From contig JBAXLL010000001.1 in NCBI GenBank assembly GCA_037134835.1, forward strand, positions 1 to 34,454: a stretch of DNA of 34,454 nucleotides, written 5' to 3'. This stretch comes from Verrucomicrobiota bacterium. GTDB lineage: Bacteria > Verrucomicrobiota > Verrucomicrobiia > Opitutales > Opitutaceae. The position numbers and the translations under genes were made by a program. The notes under the pieces were generated by a model. The model saw only the letters and a program-made list of their open reading frames with translations. It was not told the origin of the DNA and made no database searches. Positions 8,519 to 19,443 of this stretch are shown one piece after another. Each line of letters begins with the position of its first letter. The stretch's first letter is position 1.

Positions 8519-9145
8519 TTACACGCGGCGGCGTTTGCGCGGGCGGCACCCGTTGTGCGGGATCGGGGTGACATCAATAATGGAGTGGATTTCCAGGCCG
8601 ATGGCCTGCAGCGCCCGAATGGCCGAGTCCCGGCCAAGACCGGGGCCGGAAACGCGGATGACGACATCCTTCAGGCCGTGCGACATGGCGTTGCGGGCGG
8701 CGTCCTGCGCGACGACCTGCGCGGCGTAGGCGGTGGACTTGCGCGAGCCGCGGAAGTTGCACTTGCCGGCGGTGGAGGAAGCGATGACCGCGCCCTTCTG
8801 GTCGGTGATGGAGACGATGGTGTTGTTGAAGGAGGCGAGAACGTGAACGATGCCGGAGGTCACGTTCTTCGAACCCTTGGCCTTGCGGACCTTGATCGCT
8901 CCCATCTCTTCGCGGAGTAGTTCTTCGGCGGTGGGCTGGCGGGCGACACCGCCGATCATCTCGACGGGCTTGGCCGGTGCGGCGGGAGCCGCGGCGGCCA
9001 CCGGGGCGGCACTGTCCGTTGGAGCGGACCTTGGCCCTTTGGGCTTTTTCTCGGCGGCCACGGATGCTTCCGGAGCGGGCGCAGCAGTAACGGCATCCTT
9101 TGCGGGGGCGCGTTCTTTTTTGGGAGCAGACTTTTCTTCGGCCAT
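8519..9145 (-). CDS. rpsK: 30S ribosomal protein S11 with an ~80-aa Ala/Pro/Lys-rich N-terminal extension
   Basis: The core reads [54 protein letters not shown]...[14 protein letters not shown] prefer the long start at 9145: it lies 20 nt after the rpsM stop and is preceded by a G-poor leader (TAATCCTCTTAAACTTTCCCAAT-ATG). The short alternative starts at Met81, nt 8905. Confidence 0.85.
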   Translation of the reverse strand: MAEEKSAPKKERAPAKDAVTAAPAPEASVAAEKKPKGPRSAPTDSAAPVAAAAPAAPAKPVEMIGGVARQPTAEELLREEMGAIKVRKAKGSKNVTSGIVHVLASFNNTIVSITDQKGAVIASSTAGKCNFRGSRKSTAYAAQVVAQDAARNAMSHGLKDVVIRVSGPGLGRDSAIRALQAIGLEIHSIIDVTPIPHNGCRPRKRRRV

Positions 9146-9165
9146 ATTGGGAAAGTTTAAGAGGA

Positions 9166-9546
9166 TTACTCAGCGGCGGGTTTGCTCACGCCGACCGTGC
9201 GGCGGGGCCCCTTGCGGGTGCGGGCATTGGTGCTGGTGCGCTGACCGCGGACGGGCAGGCCCTTGCGGTGGCGAACGCCACGATAGCAGTTAATCGCCTG
9301 CAAGCGCTTCAAGTTGCCGGCAAGCTCACGGCGGAGGTCACCCTCGACGACCCACTTGTGCTCGGTGATAATGTGGAGGATCTTGTTGAGCTGCTCCTCC
9401 GTCAGGTCGGCGGCGCGCATGTTCACATCGAGGCCGGCCTCAGCGACGACCTGATCGGCGCGTTGCGGGCCGATGCCGTAGATGTAACGGAGGGAGTACG
9501 CGACTTTCTTTTTCGCGGGGATTTCGACACCAAGGAGACGTGGCAT
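9166..9546 (-). CDS. rpsM: 30S ribosomal protein S13
   Basis: [34 protein letters not shown]..., 126 aa. Confidence 0.96.
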   Translation of the reverse strand: MPRLLGVEIPAKKKVAYSLRYIYGIGPQRADQVVAEAGLDVNMRAADLTEEQLNKILHIITEHKWVVEGDLRRELAGNLKRLQAINCYRGVRHRKGLPVRGQRTSTNARTRKGPRRTVGVSKPAAE

Positions 9547-9601
9547 GGGTGGTTAAGGTGAAAGGTGAGAGTTGAAGGATAAAAGGCGGGAGAAGGAAAT
9601 T

Positions 9602-10381
9602 TTAGGAGCCGGCGGGCGGCAGGGTGAGAATCTCGGGGCCACGTTCGGTGGTGAGCACCGTGTGCTCAAAGTGGGCGGAGGGCTGGCCGTCGGCAGTGAC
9701 ACAAGTCCAACCATCCGCGAGGGTCTTCGTCTTTGGGCCGCCGAGGTTGACCATGGGCTCGATGGCGAGGGTCATGCCCGGCTTGATCTCGTCCGTGCGA
9801 TGGCGTTTCTTTTCCACGAAGTTCGGGATCTGCGGCTCCTCGTGCATCGTGAGACCGACGCCATGGCCAACCATGTCACGGACGACGCTGAAACCGTTGC
9901 CTTCGACATGACGCTGGACGGCCTGCGAGATGTCGCCGATCCGGTTGCCGACCGTCGCGGCCGCGATGCCGATTACCAGCGCCTCCTGCGTGACACGGAG
10001 CAGATCCGCGACCCGGGGGGCAATGGGCAGCAGCGGGATGGTAAACGCATTGTCGCCGATGTAGCCTTGGTATTCGACCACAACATCCAAGGTGACAATA
10101 TCGCCGTCGCGGAGGACCCGCTTCAGGGAGCCGATGCCATGCACTACCTCCTCGTTGACCGAGATACAGCTATAGGCAGGATAACGCCGCGAGTGTAACT
10201 GGTAACCGTAACAAGCGCTCCTAGCTCCGTGGCGCGCGATGAAATCGCGCGCGGCCTGATCCAAGTCGTAGGTCGTCACCCCTGGCCGCACGAGTTGTTT
10301 CAACTCCTGCAGCACCGAGGCCGCGACCGCACAGGCCGCGCGCATTTTGGCGATGCCGATTTTGTCTTTGATCGGGATCAT
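9602..10381 (-). CDS. map: Type I methionine aminopeptidase
   Basis: MIPIKDKIGIAKMRAACAVAASVLQEL...VVHGIGS...GDIVTLDVVVEYQGYIGDNAFT...HGVGLTMHEEPQIPNF...LAIEPMVN...HFEHTVLTT. I chose the start at Met43 of the track ORF. Its ATG overlaps the upstream stop as ATGA (10378-10381). Confidence 0.92.
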   Translation of the reverse strand: MIPIKDKIGIAKMRAACAVAASVLQELKQLVRPGVTTYDLDQAARDFIARHGARSACYGYQLHSRRYPAYSCISVNEEVVHGIGSLKRVLRDGDIVTLDVVVEYQGYIGDNAFTIPLLPIAPRVADLLRVTQEALVIGIAAATVGNRIGDISQAVQRHVEGNGFSVVRDMVGHGVGLTMHEEPQIPNFVEKKRHRTDEIKPGMTLAIEPMVNLGGPKTKTLADGWTCVTADGQPSAHFEHTVLTTERGPEILTLPPAGS

Positions 10382-10818
10382 GCGGCGAATTCGGCCTCCT
10401 CCGAGAGGAGGCCAAGCGTGCGGTAGTGTTTGATGACTGCCGAGGCGGCGGTAGCCGGATCGGCGAGGATGACGGCATCCAGCGACTCGGCGCGGGCGTC
10501 GAGCCATTCATCAAACACTTTGGCTTGGAGCAGCGTAGCCGGGAAGTCCGTGAGGACAAAACCCGCATCAGGTTTGCGCGACCAGAACCACCGACGCAAT
10601 AGGGCGAGAGTGGCGGCATCATCCGCCTGAGCGGAAGACGTAGGACGGCGCGAAATCTCCGACAGCATCAGGCGGGCGGGAGAGACGTGCTCGAGATTCA
10701 AAGAACGCATTCGGTTCATCAGGGCTTCGGAGGAAGGACTGGGCGAACCAAGTATCACCAGCTTAACCCGGGCCCGGAGGCCCGAGTTGGGAAAAGGGTC
10801 AGACTGTGCAGACGTCAC
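10378..10818 (-). CDS. Truncated, P-loop-less adenylate-kinase-like protein in the adk slot of the spc operon
   Basis: 146 aa with a GTG start. VKLVILGSPSPSSEALMNRM lines up with the Adk N-terminus, but GxPGxGKGT is replaced by GSPSPSS. GFVLTDFPATLLQAKVFDEWL resembles Adk GF(I/L)LDGFPRT..QA..L, with Arg replaced by Ala. No LID or C-terminal region is present. The gene lies between secY and map. Confidence 0.65.
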   Translation of the reverse strand: MTSAQSDPFPNSGLRARVKLVILGSPSPSSEALMNRMRSLNLEHVSPARLMLSEISRRPTSSAQADDAATLALLRRWFWSRKPDAGFVLTDFPATLLQAKVFDEWLDARAESLDAVILADPATAASAVIKHYRTLGLLSEEAEFAA

Positions 10819-10840
10819 GGGTCATGTAAAGCCTCAATTA

Positions 10841-12334
<1,494 letters not shown>

Positions 12335-12425
12335 GGGGGAGAGTTTATGATTTTGGGATTTATGCTCCGGTGGAGGACAGGTTTCCCTCATCAATCATGG
12401 ATCATCAGATCACCCATTGCGTGGG

Positions 12426-12872
12426 TCAGCCAACGAGAGCCTGACCGCCCGCTTTCTCGATCTTGGCCTTGGCGGAGGCGGAAAACTTCGCGGCCGTGAC
12501 CTTAAGCGCACGGTTGAGTTCGCCATCGCCGAGAACCTTGACCGACTTCTCGCCGCCACGGATGAGGCCGGCAGCGGCCAGCAAGATGGCGTTGGTCTCG
12601 GTCACAGCGGCATCGAGTTGGGCGAGATCACCCACATTGATGACGGCGATCTCCGTGCGAAATTCATAGTTGTTGAAGCCCCGGTGCGGGAGCTTGCGGT
12701 AGAGCGGCATCTGCCCGCCCTCGAAGCCGGGACGGATGCTGCCGCCGCTGCGAGCCGTCTGACCCTTGCCGCCGCGGCCGCTGGTCTTGCCGTGGCCGCT
12801 GCCTTCGCCGCAGCCGACGCGCTTCTTGCGGTGGACGGCACCGGGAGTGTTTTTGAGTTCGTGGAGTTTCAT
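12426..12872 (-). CDS. rplO: 50S ribosomal protein L15
   Basis: MKLHELKNTPGAVHRKKRVGCGEGSGHGKTSGRGGKGQTARSGG.... I chose the ATG at 12872, which is preceded by AGGAACCATC. The track ORF starts 30 nt upstream. Confidence 0.93.
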   Translation of the reverse strand: MKLHELKNTPGAVHRKKRVGCGEGSGHGKTSGRGGKGQTARSGGSIRPGFEGGQMPLYRKLPHRGFNNYEFRTEIAVINVGDLAQLDAAVTETNAILLAAAGLIRGGEKSVKVLGDGELNRALKVTAAKFSASAKAKIEKAGGQALVG

Positions 12873-12929
12873 GATGGTTCCTATATACGCCCGGATCCGC
12901 ATGGGGCGGAGCCAGACTCGGATTAAATT

Positions 12930-13592
12930 TTACGAGGCCTTACGGATGGCGTGGATGTCGGCCGCGAGGCGAAGCTGCTGCAACGCGGCGATGGTGGCGT
13001 GTACCACCGCGATGTGATTGCTCGAACCCATGGACTTGGTGAGCACATTCTTGACCCCGGCGGCCTCCAGCACAGCGCGAACTGCACCGCCGGCGATGAG
13101 GCCGGTGCCGGTCGAGGCGGGCTTGAGCAAAACCTTGCCCCCATCGTATTCGCCGAAGACGTCGTGAGGAATGGTGTCACCCTTTAGCTTGACATGGATC
13201 ATCCGCTTGTGGGCGTTGGCCGTGCCTTTCTTGATGGCCTCAGGCACCTCGTTGGCCTTACCGATGCCCACGCCGATGTTTCCCTTCTGGTCGCCGACCA
13301 CGGCGAGCGCAGCGAAACTGAAACGACGGCCACCCTTGACGACCTTGGCACAACGGTTGATGAACACGATTTTCTCCAGCATCGCGGGGCTGCCGTCAGG
13401 ATTGGTTGTGGCGGGCTTGTTCCGGTCATCGCGACGCGGTCCACGATTGCCACCACCAGGGCCATCACGGCGCGGGCCGCGCTGAGGACGATCGGATGGC
13501 GGGGCGGACGGAGTGGACGGGGCGGCGGATGGAGCAGCAGCCTCAACGGCGGACGCGGCGGTCTGGGAAATGGTATCGGGTTCGGTGCTCAT
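12930..13592 (-). CDS. rpsE: 30S ribosomal protein S5 with a ~70-aa low-complexity (Ala/Pro/Arg/Gly) N-terminal extension
   Basis: The core reads [52 protein letters not shown]. The ATG at 13592 lies 8 nt after the rplR stop and has a G-poor leader. The track ORF (to 13844) overlaps rplR and is not credible. Confidence 0.9.
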   Translation of the reverse strand: MSTEPDTISQTAASAVEAAAPSAAPSTPSAPPSDRPQRGPRRDGPGGGNRGPRRDDRNKPATTNPDGSPAMLEKIVFINRCAKVVKGGRRFSFAALAVVGDQKGNIGVGIGKANEVPEAIKKGTANAHKRMIHVKLKGDTIPHDVFGEYDGGKVLLKPASTGTGLIAGGAVRAVLEAAGVKNVLTKSMGSSNHIAVVHATIAALQQLRLAADIHAIRKAS

Positions 13593-13599
13593 GCTATTT

Positions 13600-13962
13600 T
13601 TAGAATTGGAGGCCACCTTCGCGCGCGGCGTCGGCGAAGGTTTTGACTTTGCCGTGGTAGAGTGCGCCGGCGCGGTCAAACACCACCAGCCCCAGACCGG
13701 CGGCCTTGGCCTTGGTGGCGAACGCGAGCCCGAGGGCCTTGGCCCCGGCGAGATTGGCGGCCAATTTCTGGCGGCGCAGCTCGGGATCGAGCGTGCCGAG
13801 GAAAACAAGCGTGGCACCGGTATCGTCGTTGACAGCCTGCGCATAGATATGCTTGGCGGTAAAGGTCACGCAGAGGCGCGGGCGCGTGGAGGTGCCGGCG
13901 ACCTTTTTGCGGATACGCCAGCGGCGCTTCTGGCGCATCACGGCTTTGTGGACAGTGTTCAT
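13600..13962 (-). CDS. rplR: 50S ribosomal protein L18
   Basis: [44 protein letters not shown]...[28 protein letters not shown]. The start is Met60 of the track ORF. Confidence 0.93.
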   Translation of the reverse strand: MNTVHKAVMRQKRRWRIRKKVAGTSTRPRLCVTFTAKHIYAQAVNDDTGATLVFLGTLDPELRRQKLAANLAGAKALGLAFATKAKAAGLGLVVFDRAGALYHGKVKTFADAAREGGLQF

Positions 13963-14014
13963 CGGGAAGGGAGAAAGTTGTAAATGAAGAAGAGGAAGAA
14001 AACCGGCACAGACG

Positions 14015-14563
14015 TCAGGCGACGGTCTTGCCTTCCTTGCGGCGGACGCGCTCGGCATGTTCGCCCACGATGCGGACACCCTTGCCCTTGTAAGGCTCCG
14101 GCGGGTAGTAGGCACGAATCTCGGCGGTGACCTGACCAACGAGCTGTTTGTCCGCGCCTTCGATCGAGAGCTTGGTGCCCTCGACGACGGTGATCTTGAT
14201 GCCCTCGGGAATGTCGAACAGAATCGGATGCGAGTAGCCTAGGGCGAGATCGAGCTGACTGCCCTTGAGGTTCGCCTTGAAGCCGACGCCCTGGATTTCA
14301 AGCTCCTTCTTGTAGCCATCGGACACGCCCTTGACCATGCCGGCGATCACCGAACGCGCGGTGCCATACATGGCCTTGGCGAAGCGGCTGGTGTCGGCCG
14401 TCGGGGCGACGGTGATTTTGTTATCGGCCAGTGTGATGCTCACGACTGGCGCGAAGGTCTTGGCGACCTTGCCTTTGGGACCCTCAACGCGGACGGTATG
14501 ACCTTGGATGTCAACCTTGACCTTGTCGGGGATGGGAACGGGTTGTTTGCCGATGCGGCTCAT
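14015..14563 (-). CDS. rplF: 50S ribosomal protein L6
   Basis: MSRIGKQPVPIPDKVKVDIQGHTVRVEGPKGKVAKTF...YYPPEPYKGKGVR. The start is Met43 of the track ORF (CACCCACC-ATG). Confidence 0.94.
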   Translation of the reverse strand: MSRIGKQPVPIPDKVKVDIQGHTVRVEGPKGKVAKTFAPVVSITLADNKITVAPTADTSRFAKAMYGTARSVIAGMVKGVSDGYKKELEIQGVGFKANLKGSQLDLALGYSHPILFDIPEGIKITVVEGTKLSIEGADKQLVGQVTAEIRAYYPPEPYKGKGVRIVGEHAERVRRKEGKTVA

Positions 14564-14576
14564 GGTGGGTGCGGTG

Positions 14577-14969
14577 TTACCAGACGTTGCAGACCAGCTC
14601 GCCGCCGACCTTCTGGCGACGACAGTCCTGATCCTTGAGCAGCCCTTTCGAGGTGGAAAGGATGGCGATGCCGAGTCCGTTGAGGACACGCGGGATCTCG
14701 GTGTAGCGAAAATAAAGACGGCGGCCGGGCGTCGAGACGCGCGTAAGGTTCGTGAGCGCGGGTGCGCTGGCGACGTACTTCATTTTGACGACGAGGGTCT
14801 TGTGCCCCAGCGCGTCCGTGCCGTCGGCATAATCGGAGATGTAGCCTTCGGCCTTGAGAATGGTGGCGAGGCTCTGCTTGAGCTTGGAGTGCGGCGAGAC
14901 GCACTCGGCAAGGCCGGCTTTCGACGCGTTGCGAAGGCGGGTGAGGAAGTCGCTGACAGGATCGGTCAT
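14577..14969 (-). CDS. rpsH: 30S ribosomal protein S8
   Basis: MTDPVSDFLTRLRNASKAGLAECVSPHSKLKQSLATILKAEGYI..., 130 aa. Confidence 0.96.
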   Translation of the reverse strand: MTDPVSDFLTRLRNASKAGLAECVSPHSKLKQSLATILKAEGYISDYADGTDALGHKTLVVKMKYVASAPALTNLTRVSTPGRRLYFRYTEIPRVLNGLGIAILSTSKGLLKDQDCRRQKVGGELVCNVW

Positions 14970-15030
14970 GGCGGATGTTGGGTTATACCGGCCGGCGGGT
15001 CATATCCGACTCCCGGAGGCCAAAGGATTT

Positions 15031-15336
15031 TTACCAGGAGGATTTGGTGACGCCGGGGATTTTCCCGGCAAGCGCGAGCTCGCGGAAGGTGATGCGGGAC
15101 ACGCCGAACGCACCAATGTAGGCGCGCGGGCGGCCGCTGAGGGAGCAGCGGTTACGGATCCGCACCGGCGAGGAATTCTTGGGCAGCTTCTGCAACTTTT
15201 TCTGCGCGGCGAAAAATTGCTCGTCCGTCGTGGCGGGGTTGGCGAGGATGGCCTTGAGCTCGGCGCGAAGGGGCGCGAACTTGGCTGAGAGGACGATGCG
15301 CTTTTTGTTGCGCTCAATGGCGGAGGTCTTGGGCAT
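15031..15336 (-). CDS. rpsN: 30S ribosomal protein S14, long form without a zinc ribbon
   Basis: [28 protein letters not shown]...[41 protein letters not shown], 101 aa. Confidence 0.95.
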   Translation of the reverse strand: MPKTSAIERNKKRIVLSAKFAPLRAELKAILANPATTDEQFFAAQKKLQKLPKNSSPVRIRNRCSLSGRPRAYIGAFGVSRITFRELALAGKIPGVTKSSW

Positions 15337-15347
15337 GGCGGAAAGGG

Positions 15348-15932
15348 TCAGGCGGCGGCGGGTTTCGGCTGGGTCGGCTGCGATTCAATGCGGCGGAACG
15401 GCATGCCGAGCAGCTTCAGCAACTCACGCCCCTCATCATCGTTCTGGGCGGTGGTGACGATGGTGATGTCGAGGCCCATGGTCTTCTTGACGTTCTCAAC
15501 CGTGATCTCGGGGAAAATGGTGAAATCGGCGATCCCCAGGTTGTAGTTGCCCTGACCGTCAAGCTTTGAACCGACCCCACGGAAGTCACGGATGGTAGGC
15601 AGCGCGACCGCGAGCAGACGGCAGAGAAACTCCCACATGGCGTCGCCACGCAAAGTGACGTGGCAGCCGGTCACCTGGTTGGGCTTGAGCTTGAAATTCG
15701 AAATGGCCTTCTTGGTGCGCGAGAGCACGGGCTTCTGGCCGGCGATGGCCCCAAGGTCGCGGGCGGCATCGGCGATCTGGTTTTTGTCAGCCTCCGCATC
15801 AATGCCCGTGTTCAGGCTGATCTTGGTGAGCTTCGGCACCTGATGCTTGTTTTTGTAGCCACGGCTCTTCACGAGCGCAGGGACAACCTGCTCATGGTAG
15901 AGTTTTTTAAGGACGGGAGTGTAGCTGCTCAT
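15348..15932 (-). CDS. rplE: 50S ribosomal protein L5
   Basis: [37 protein letters not shown]...[26 protein letters not shown], 194 aa. Confidence 0.96.
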   Translation of the reverse strand: MSSYTPVLKKLYHEQVVPALVKSRGYKNKHQVPKLTKISLNTGIDAEADKNQIADAARDLGAIAGQKPVLSRTKKAISNFKLKPNQVTGCHVTLRGDAMWEFLCRLLAVALPTIRDFRGVGSKLDGQGNYNLGIADFTIFPEITVENVKKTMGLDITIVTTAQNDDEGRELLKLLGMPFRRIESQPTQPKPAAA

Positions 15933-16002
15933 GGAAGGTGCGAAAGAGGGAAAGGGTTCAGTAACTCAGGCGGCGGGCGGGTTTGGCAAGCGTGCAATCA
16001 GG

Positions 16003-16290
16003 TCAGGCGGCGGGTGCTTCGGCAGCAGGCGCAAGTTTCTTGCGCTTGCTCGCGTCATAGACGGCACGGATCATCAGGTTTGAAACGTGGACAGAGCCTT
16101 CGCGTTCGGTAATGGCGCCCTGCGGATTTTTCTCCGACTTTTTCTCGTGGCGCTTGACCATCGCGACGCCTTCGATGCGGGCACGGTTTTTGGCGGCAAG
16201 CACCTCAAGGATTTTCCCGGACTTCCCCTTATGGGAACCGGCGATGACGACGACCTGATCGCCGCGTTTGACGTGAAATTTGGTGGCCAT
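16003..16290 (-). CDS. rplX: 50S ribosomal protein L24
   Basis: MATKFHVKRGDQVVVIAGSHKGKSGKILEV.... A GGAGG motif lies 10 nt upstream. Confidence 0.95.
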   Translation of the reverse strand: MATKFHVKRGDQVVVIAGSHKGKSGKILEVLAAKNRARIEGVAMVKRHEKKSEKNPQGAITEREGSVHVSNLMIRAVYDASKRKKLAPAAEAPAA

Positions 16291-16292
16291 GT

Positions 16293-16658
16293 TCAGAGAA
16301 CCTCCGGGGCAAGAGAAATGATCTTCATGAAATTTTTCGCCCTCAGCTCACGGGCGACAGGACCGAAGATACGAGTCCCCTTAGGATTGTTGGTGGCGTC
16401 AATGATGACGATAGCGTTGCTGTCGAAGCGAAGGTAGCTGCCGTCGGCCCGGCGCACGGGCGCACGGGTGCGGATGACGACCGCCTTGGCGACCTCGCCT
16501 TTTTTTACGGTGGCATCGGGCGTGCTGTCCTTGATGTGGACGGTGACCACGTCGCCCACGGCGGCCGTGTCGGTGGTCTGGCCTTTTTTGGAAATCATGG
16601 CAGCCCGGCGGGCGCCAGTGTTGTCGGCGACGTCGAGAATGGAGCGAAGTTGGATCAT
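16293..16658 (-). CDS. rplN: 50S ribosomal protein L14
   Basis: [26 protein letters not shown]...[26 protein letters not shown]. Confidence 0.97.
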   Translation of the reverse strand: MIQLRSILDVADNTGARRAAMISKKGQTTDTAAVGDVVTVHIKDSTPDATVKKGEVAKAVVIRTRAPVRRADGSYLRFDSNAIVIIDATNNPKGTRIFGPVARELRAKNFMKIISLAPEVL

Positions 16659-16684
16659 AGCGGGCCTTGGGTGAAAGTTGAATA

Positions 16685-17041
16685 TCAGGCGACCGGAGCG
16701 GTGGGCTTGGACGTCTTGGTCGGAACTTGGGCGGCCACATCCGTCTCGGTGACCGCGACCGCATCGGTCGTGATGGCCTTCTGCAAGATGGAGGTGACGC
16801 GCCAGCGCTTGAGGCGGCTGAGAGGGCGGGTGGCCATGACCTCGACCTTGTCGCCAAGCTTGGTCTCGTTTTGCTCGTCGTGGACGTGCAGGACGGTCTG
16901 GCGGTTGACGACCTTATGGTAGAGTGGATGCGGCGTCTTGTAAGCGACAGTGACCTTCACCGACTTGTCACCGGAGCGGCTGGAGACAAAACCCGTGAGG
17001 GTCTTGCGCGGGTTGCGGGCGTTAAGGGCGGGCGAGGACAT
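16685..17041 (-). CDS. rpsQ: 30S ribosomal protein S17, with a C-terminal tail
   Basis: [71 protein letters not shown]. Confidence 0.94.
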   Translation of the reverse strand: MSSPALNARNPRKTLTGFVSSRSGDKSVKVTVAYKTPHPLYHKVVNRQTVLHVHDEQNETKLGDKVEVMATRPLSRLKRWRVTSILQKAITTDAVAVTETDVAAQVPTKTSKPTAPVA

Positions 17042-17047
17042 GGGAGA

Positions 17048-17257
17048 TTAGCGGGTGGCCGCGGCCTTGGTCTGGGCCTTGGCGTTCTGGACGGTGAGGA
17101 GACGGGCCACGTCCTTGCGGAGGGACCGCAACAGGTGCGATTTCTCGACCTGGCCGGTGTTCTTCCGCAGTCGGAGGTTCAGCAGCTCGGTGCGGGTGTC
17201 GCGGAGCTTGGTCTCGATCTCCACAACGGAGAGTTCACGAATTTCTTTGGCGGTCAT
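17048..17257 (-). CDS. rpmC: 50S ribosomal protein L29
   Basis: [56 protein letters not shown]. Confidence 0.94.
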   Translation of the reverse strand: MTAKEIRELSVVEIETKLRDTRTELLNLRLRKNTGQVEKSHLLRSLRKDVARLLTVQNAKAQTKAAATR

Positions 17258-17268
17258 GGCAGTGGGGC

Positions 17269-17691
17269 TCAGGCGGCGGCGCCTTCGCGGGTGATGAAGC
17301 GGCAGTGGAAAGGAAGCTTGGCGTCAGCGAGGCGGAAGGCCTCCTTGGCGATGGTGAGTGGCACGCCGGCCAGCTCAAATAGGATGGCACCCGGCTTGAT
17401 GATGGCCACATAGTATTCCACCGGACCCTTGCCGGAGCCCATGCGGGTTTCGGCAGGTTTCTTGGTCACGGGCTTATGCGGGTAAACGCGAATCCAAAGC
17501 TTGCCCTTGCGCTTGAGGTGGCGGGAGATGGTGACGCGCGCGGCCTCAATCTGCTGCCCGGTCATCGGACCACGGGTGAGCGACTGCAGGCCGAATTCGC
17601 CAAAGGACAGCACGTTGCCGCGCTTGGCGTTGCCGGCGGTGGAGCCTTTCTGCGACTTGCGATATTTGGTGCGGGCAGGAGCGAGAGCCAT
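17269..17691 (-). CDS. rplP: 50S ribosomal protein L16
   Basis: [82 protein letters not shown]. Confidence 0.96.
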   Translation of the reverse strand: MALAPARTKYRKSQKGSTAGNAKRGNVLSFGEFGLQSLTRGPMTGQQIEAARVTISRHLKRKGKLWIRVYPHKPVTKKPAETRMGSGKGPVEYYVAIIKPGAILFELAGVPLTIAKEAFRLADAKLPFHCRFITREGAAA

Positions 17692-17738
17692 GGAAATGCG
17701 GAGTTAAAAATTACGGAGTGCGGAGTGACGAGGGCGGA

Positions 17739-18371
17739 TCAGGCGGCGGCCTCTTCTTTTTTGCAGATCCAGACCTTGACGCCAATCTTGCCAAACAGCG
17801 TGTGGGCCTCGAAGAAACCGTAATCAATGTTCTCGCGGAGCGTGTGGAGCGGCACCCGTCCCTTGCGCTGCCATTCGCGGCGGGCGATGTCGGCACCGCC
17901 AAGACGGCCGGAGCATTGAATCTTGATGCCCTCGGCCCCCAGGGCCATCGCCATCTCGATGGATTTCTTGATGGCGCGGCGGAAAGCAACCCGGCGCTCC
18001 AGCTGGAGCGCGACATTTTCGGCGACGAGCATCGCCTCGATCTCGGGTTTCTTCACCTCCTGAATGTCTAGCAGGATCTCCTTGCCGGTGAGCTTGGCCA
18101 GCTGGGCCTTGATGTTGTCGATCTCCTGGCCTTTGCGACCGATGACTACGCCCGGACGGGCGGTGTAAATTTTGACGCGGACGCGGTTCGAGGCGCGCTC
18201 AATGAAGATGCGCGGCACGCTGGCCTGCTTGAGCTTCTCCATCAGCTTCGAGCGGATGAGCTGATCCTCAGCGAGAAGCTTGGGAAAATCCTTCTTGCTG
18301 GCAAACCAGCGGGACTGCCAGTTGCGGCGGACGGCGAGACGGAAGCCGGTGGGATTGGTTTTTTGACCCAT
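17739..18371 (-). CDS. rpsC: 30S ribosomal protein S3
   Basis: [40 protein letters not shown].... The start is Met46 of the track ORF. A GAGGA motif lies 7 nt upstream. Confidence 0.95.
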   Translation of the reverse strand: MGQKTNPTGFRLAVRRNWQSRWFASKKDFPKLLAEDQLIRSKLMEKLKQASVPRIFIERASNRVRVKIYTARPGVVIGRKGQEIDNIKAQLAKLTGKEILLDIQEVKKPEIEAMLVAENVALQLERRVAFRRAIKKSIEMAMALGAEGIKIQCSGRLGGADIARREWQRKGRVPLHTLRENIDYGFFEAHTLFGKIGVKVWICKKEEAAA

Positions 18372-18381
18372 GGTAAAGTCC

Positions 18382-18723
18382 TCAGTTGGCGCTGCCGTCC
18401 GAGAGGACGATGCGGATGTGCGACATTTTCTTGACGCGGGGCTTGGCGCTGCCCTTCGCGCCGGCCTTGAAACGCTTGAGCACGGGGCCGTTTTCGATGA
18501 GCGCAAACTTCACAGTGAGGCTGTCGGCCGGGAGGTTGTTGTTGTTCTCCGCATTGGCGATGGCGCTCTTGAGAGTCTTGGCGATGAGGCGCGCGGACTT
18601 GCGCGGAATGAGTGCGAGATAGTCAACGGCAGCGGCGGCCTTGCGGCCCTGGATGATGCGTGACACTTCGCGCATTTTTTTGGGCGACATGCGGGCGTAG
18701 CGGGTGATGGCTTGGACTTCCAT
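18382..18723 (-). CDS. rplV: 50S ribosomal protein L22
   Basis: [61 protein letters not shown]. Confidence 0.95.
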   Translation of the reverse strand: MEVQAITRYARMSPKKMREVSRIIQGRKAAAAVDYLALIPRKSARLIAKTLKSAIANAENNNNLPADSLTVKFALIENGPVLKRFKAGAKGSAKPRVKKMSHIRIVLSDGSAN

Positions 18724-18808
18724 GGTGGTGGGCAGGATTCCGCACCGGAGTGCGGCGACAGCAGCGCGCCGGAGAACGGCCCGCCCTGCCCTTTGGGCGT
18801 AGGTTGAT

Positions 18809-19138
18809 TTAGGTTTTTAAAGTTTTCATGCGGGCGAAATCGCCGGCGTGGATGGATTGCCTGGGCTCCAGACTGAGAATCACCGCGGCGCAACAGGTCG
18901 GCCGCAGTTCAACGAGAAGAATCTCGGCCACCGGCACAGCCCCGCGCGTGACGCGGCACACCATGCCGGGACGCAGGTCCGAGTCGTAGCCGCCGCCGAG
19001 GATGACCAGATCGGCCGCCCGGACAGACTGCACAGCGACCACCGGCGCCGCGCCAGCCACGCGCGCCGGAGCGGCGCGTCCCGTGAACGGGGCGGCGGCA
19101 ACCGCGAGCAGCAGACAGAGAGGACGGAGGAAGCGCAT
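18809..19138 (-). CDS. Small (109-aa) hypothetical secreted protein inserted between rpsS and rplV
   Basis: MRFLRPLCLLLAVAAAPFTGRAAP looks like a signal peptide (basic n-region, hydrophobic core). It is followed by ...VILGGGYDSDLRPGMVCRVTRGAVPVAEILLVELRPTCCAAVILSLEPRQSIHAGDFARMKTLKT. The ATG lies 11 nt after the rpsS stop in the same CGCC-ATG context as the neighbouring r-protein genes. The ORF fills an otherwise unexplained 426-bp gap. The track ORF (to 19327) overlaps rpsS and is not credible. Confidence 0.6.
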   Translation of the reverse strand: MRFLRPLCLLLAVAAAPFTGRAAPARVAGAAPVVAVQSVRAADLVILGGGYDSDLRPGMVCRVTRGAVPVAEILLVELRPTCCAAVILSLEPRQSIHAGDFARMKTLKT

Positions 19139-19149
19139 GGGCGAAAGGT

Positions 19150-19425
19150 TTAAATTTCCTTGCGGGTCATACCACCGTGCGCCTTGAAGATGCGGGTGAG
19201 CGCAAATTCGCCGAGCTTGTGGCCGACCATGTTTTCGGTGACATAGACGGGAATGAACGCCTTGCCATTGTGCACGCTGAACGTGTGGCCGATGAAATCG
19301 GGCGTAATGGTCGAGCGGCGGGACCAAGTCTGGATGGGTTTCTTTGCGCCGGACTTGACGGCCTTCTCGATTTTCTCGAGCAGGTGATAGTCAACAAAGA
19401 AACCTTTTTTGATGGAGCGTGCCAT
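19150..19425 (-). CDS. rpsS: 30S ribosomal protein S19
   Basis: [78 protein letters not shown]. Confidence 0.97.
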   Translation of the reverse strand: MARSIKKGFFVDYHLLEKIEKAVKSGAKKPIQTWSRRSTITPDFIGHTFSVHNGKAFIPVYVTENMVGHKLGEFALTRIFKAHGGMTRKEI

Positions 19426-19443
19426 GGTGCGGAAAGGGCCGGG

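Noticed and set aside
17714-17723. The identical 10-mer CGGAGTGCGG occurs in the rpsC-rplP spacer (17714-17723) and in the spacer upstream of rplV (18746-18755).
   Set aside because: A single shared 10-mer in GC-rich sequence is near chance expectation even within the ~1 kb of intergenic DNA. There is no extended similarity around it.
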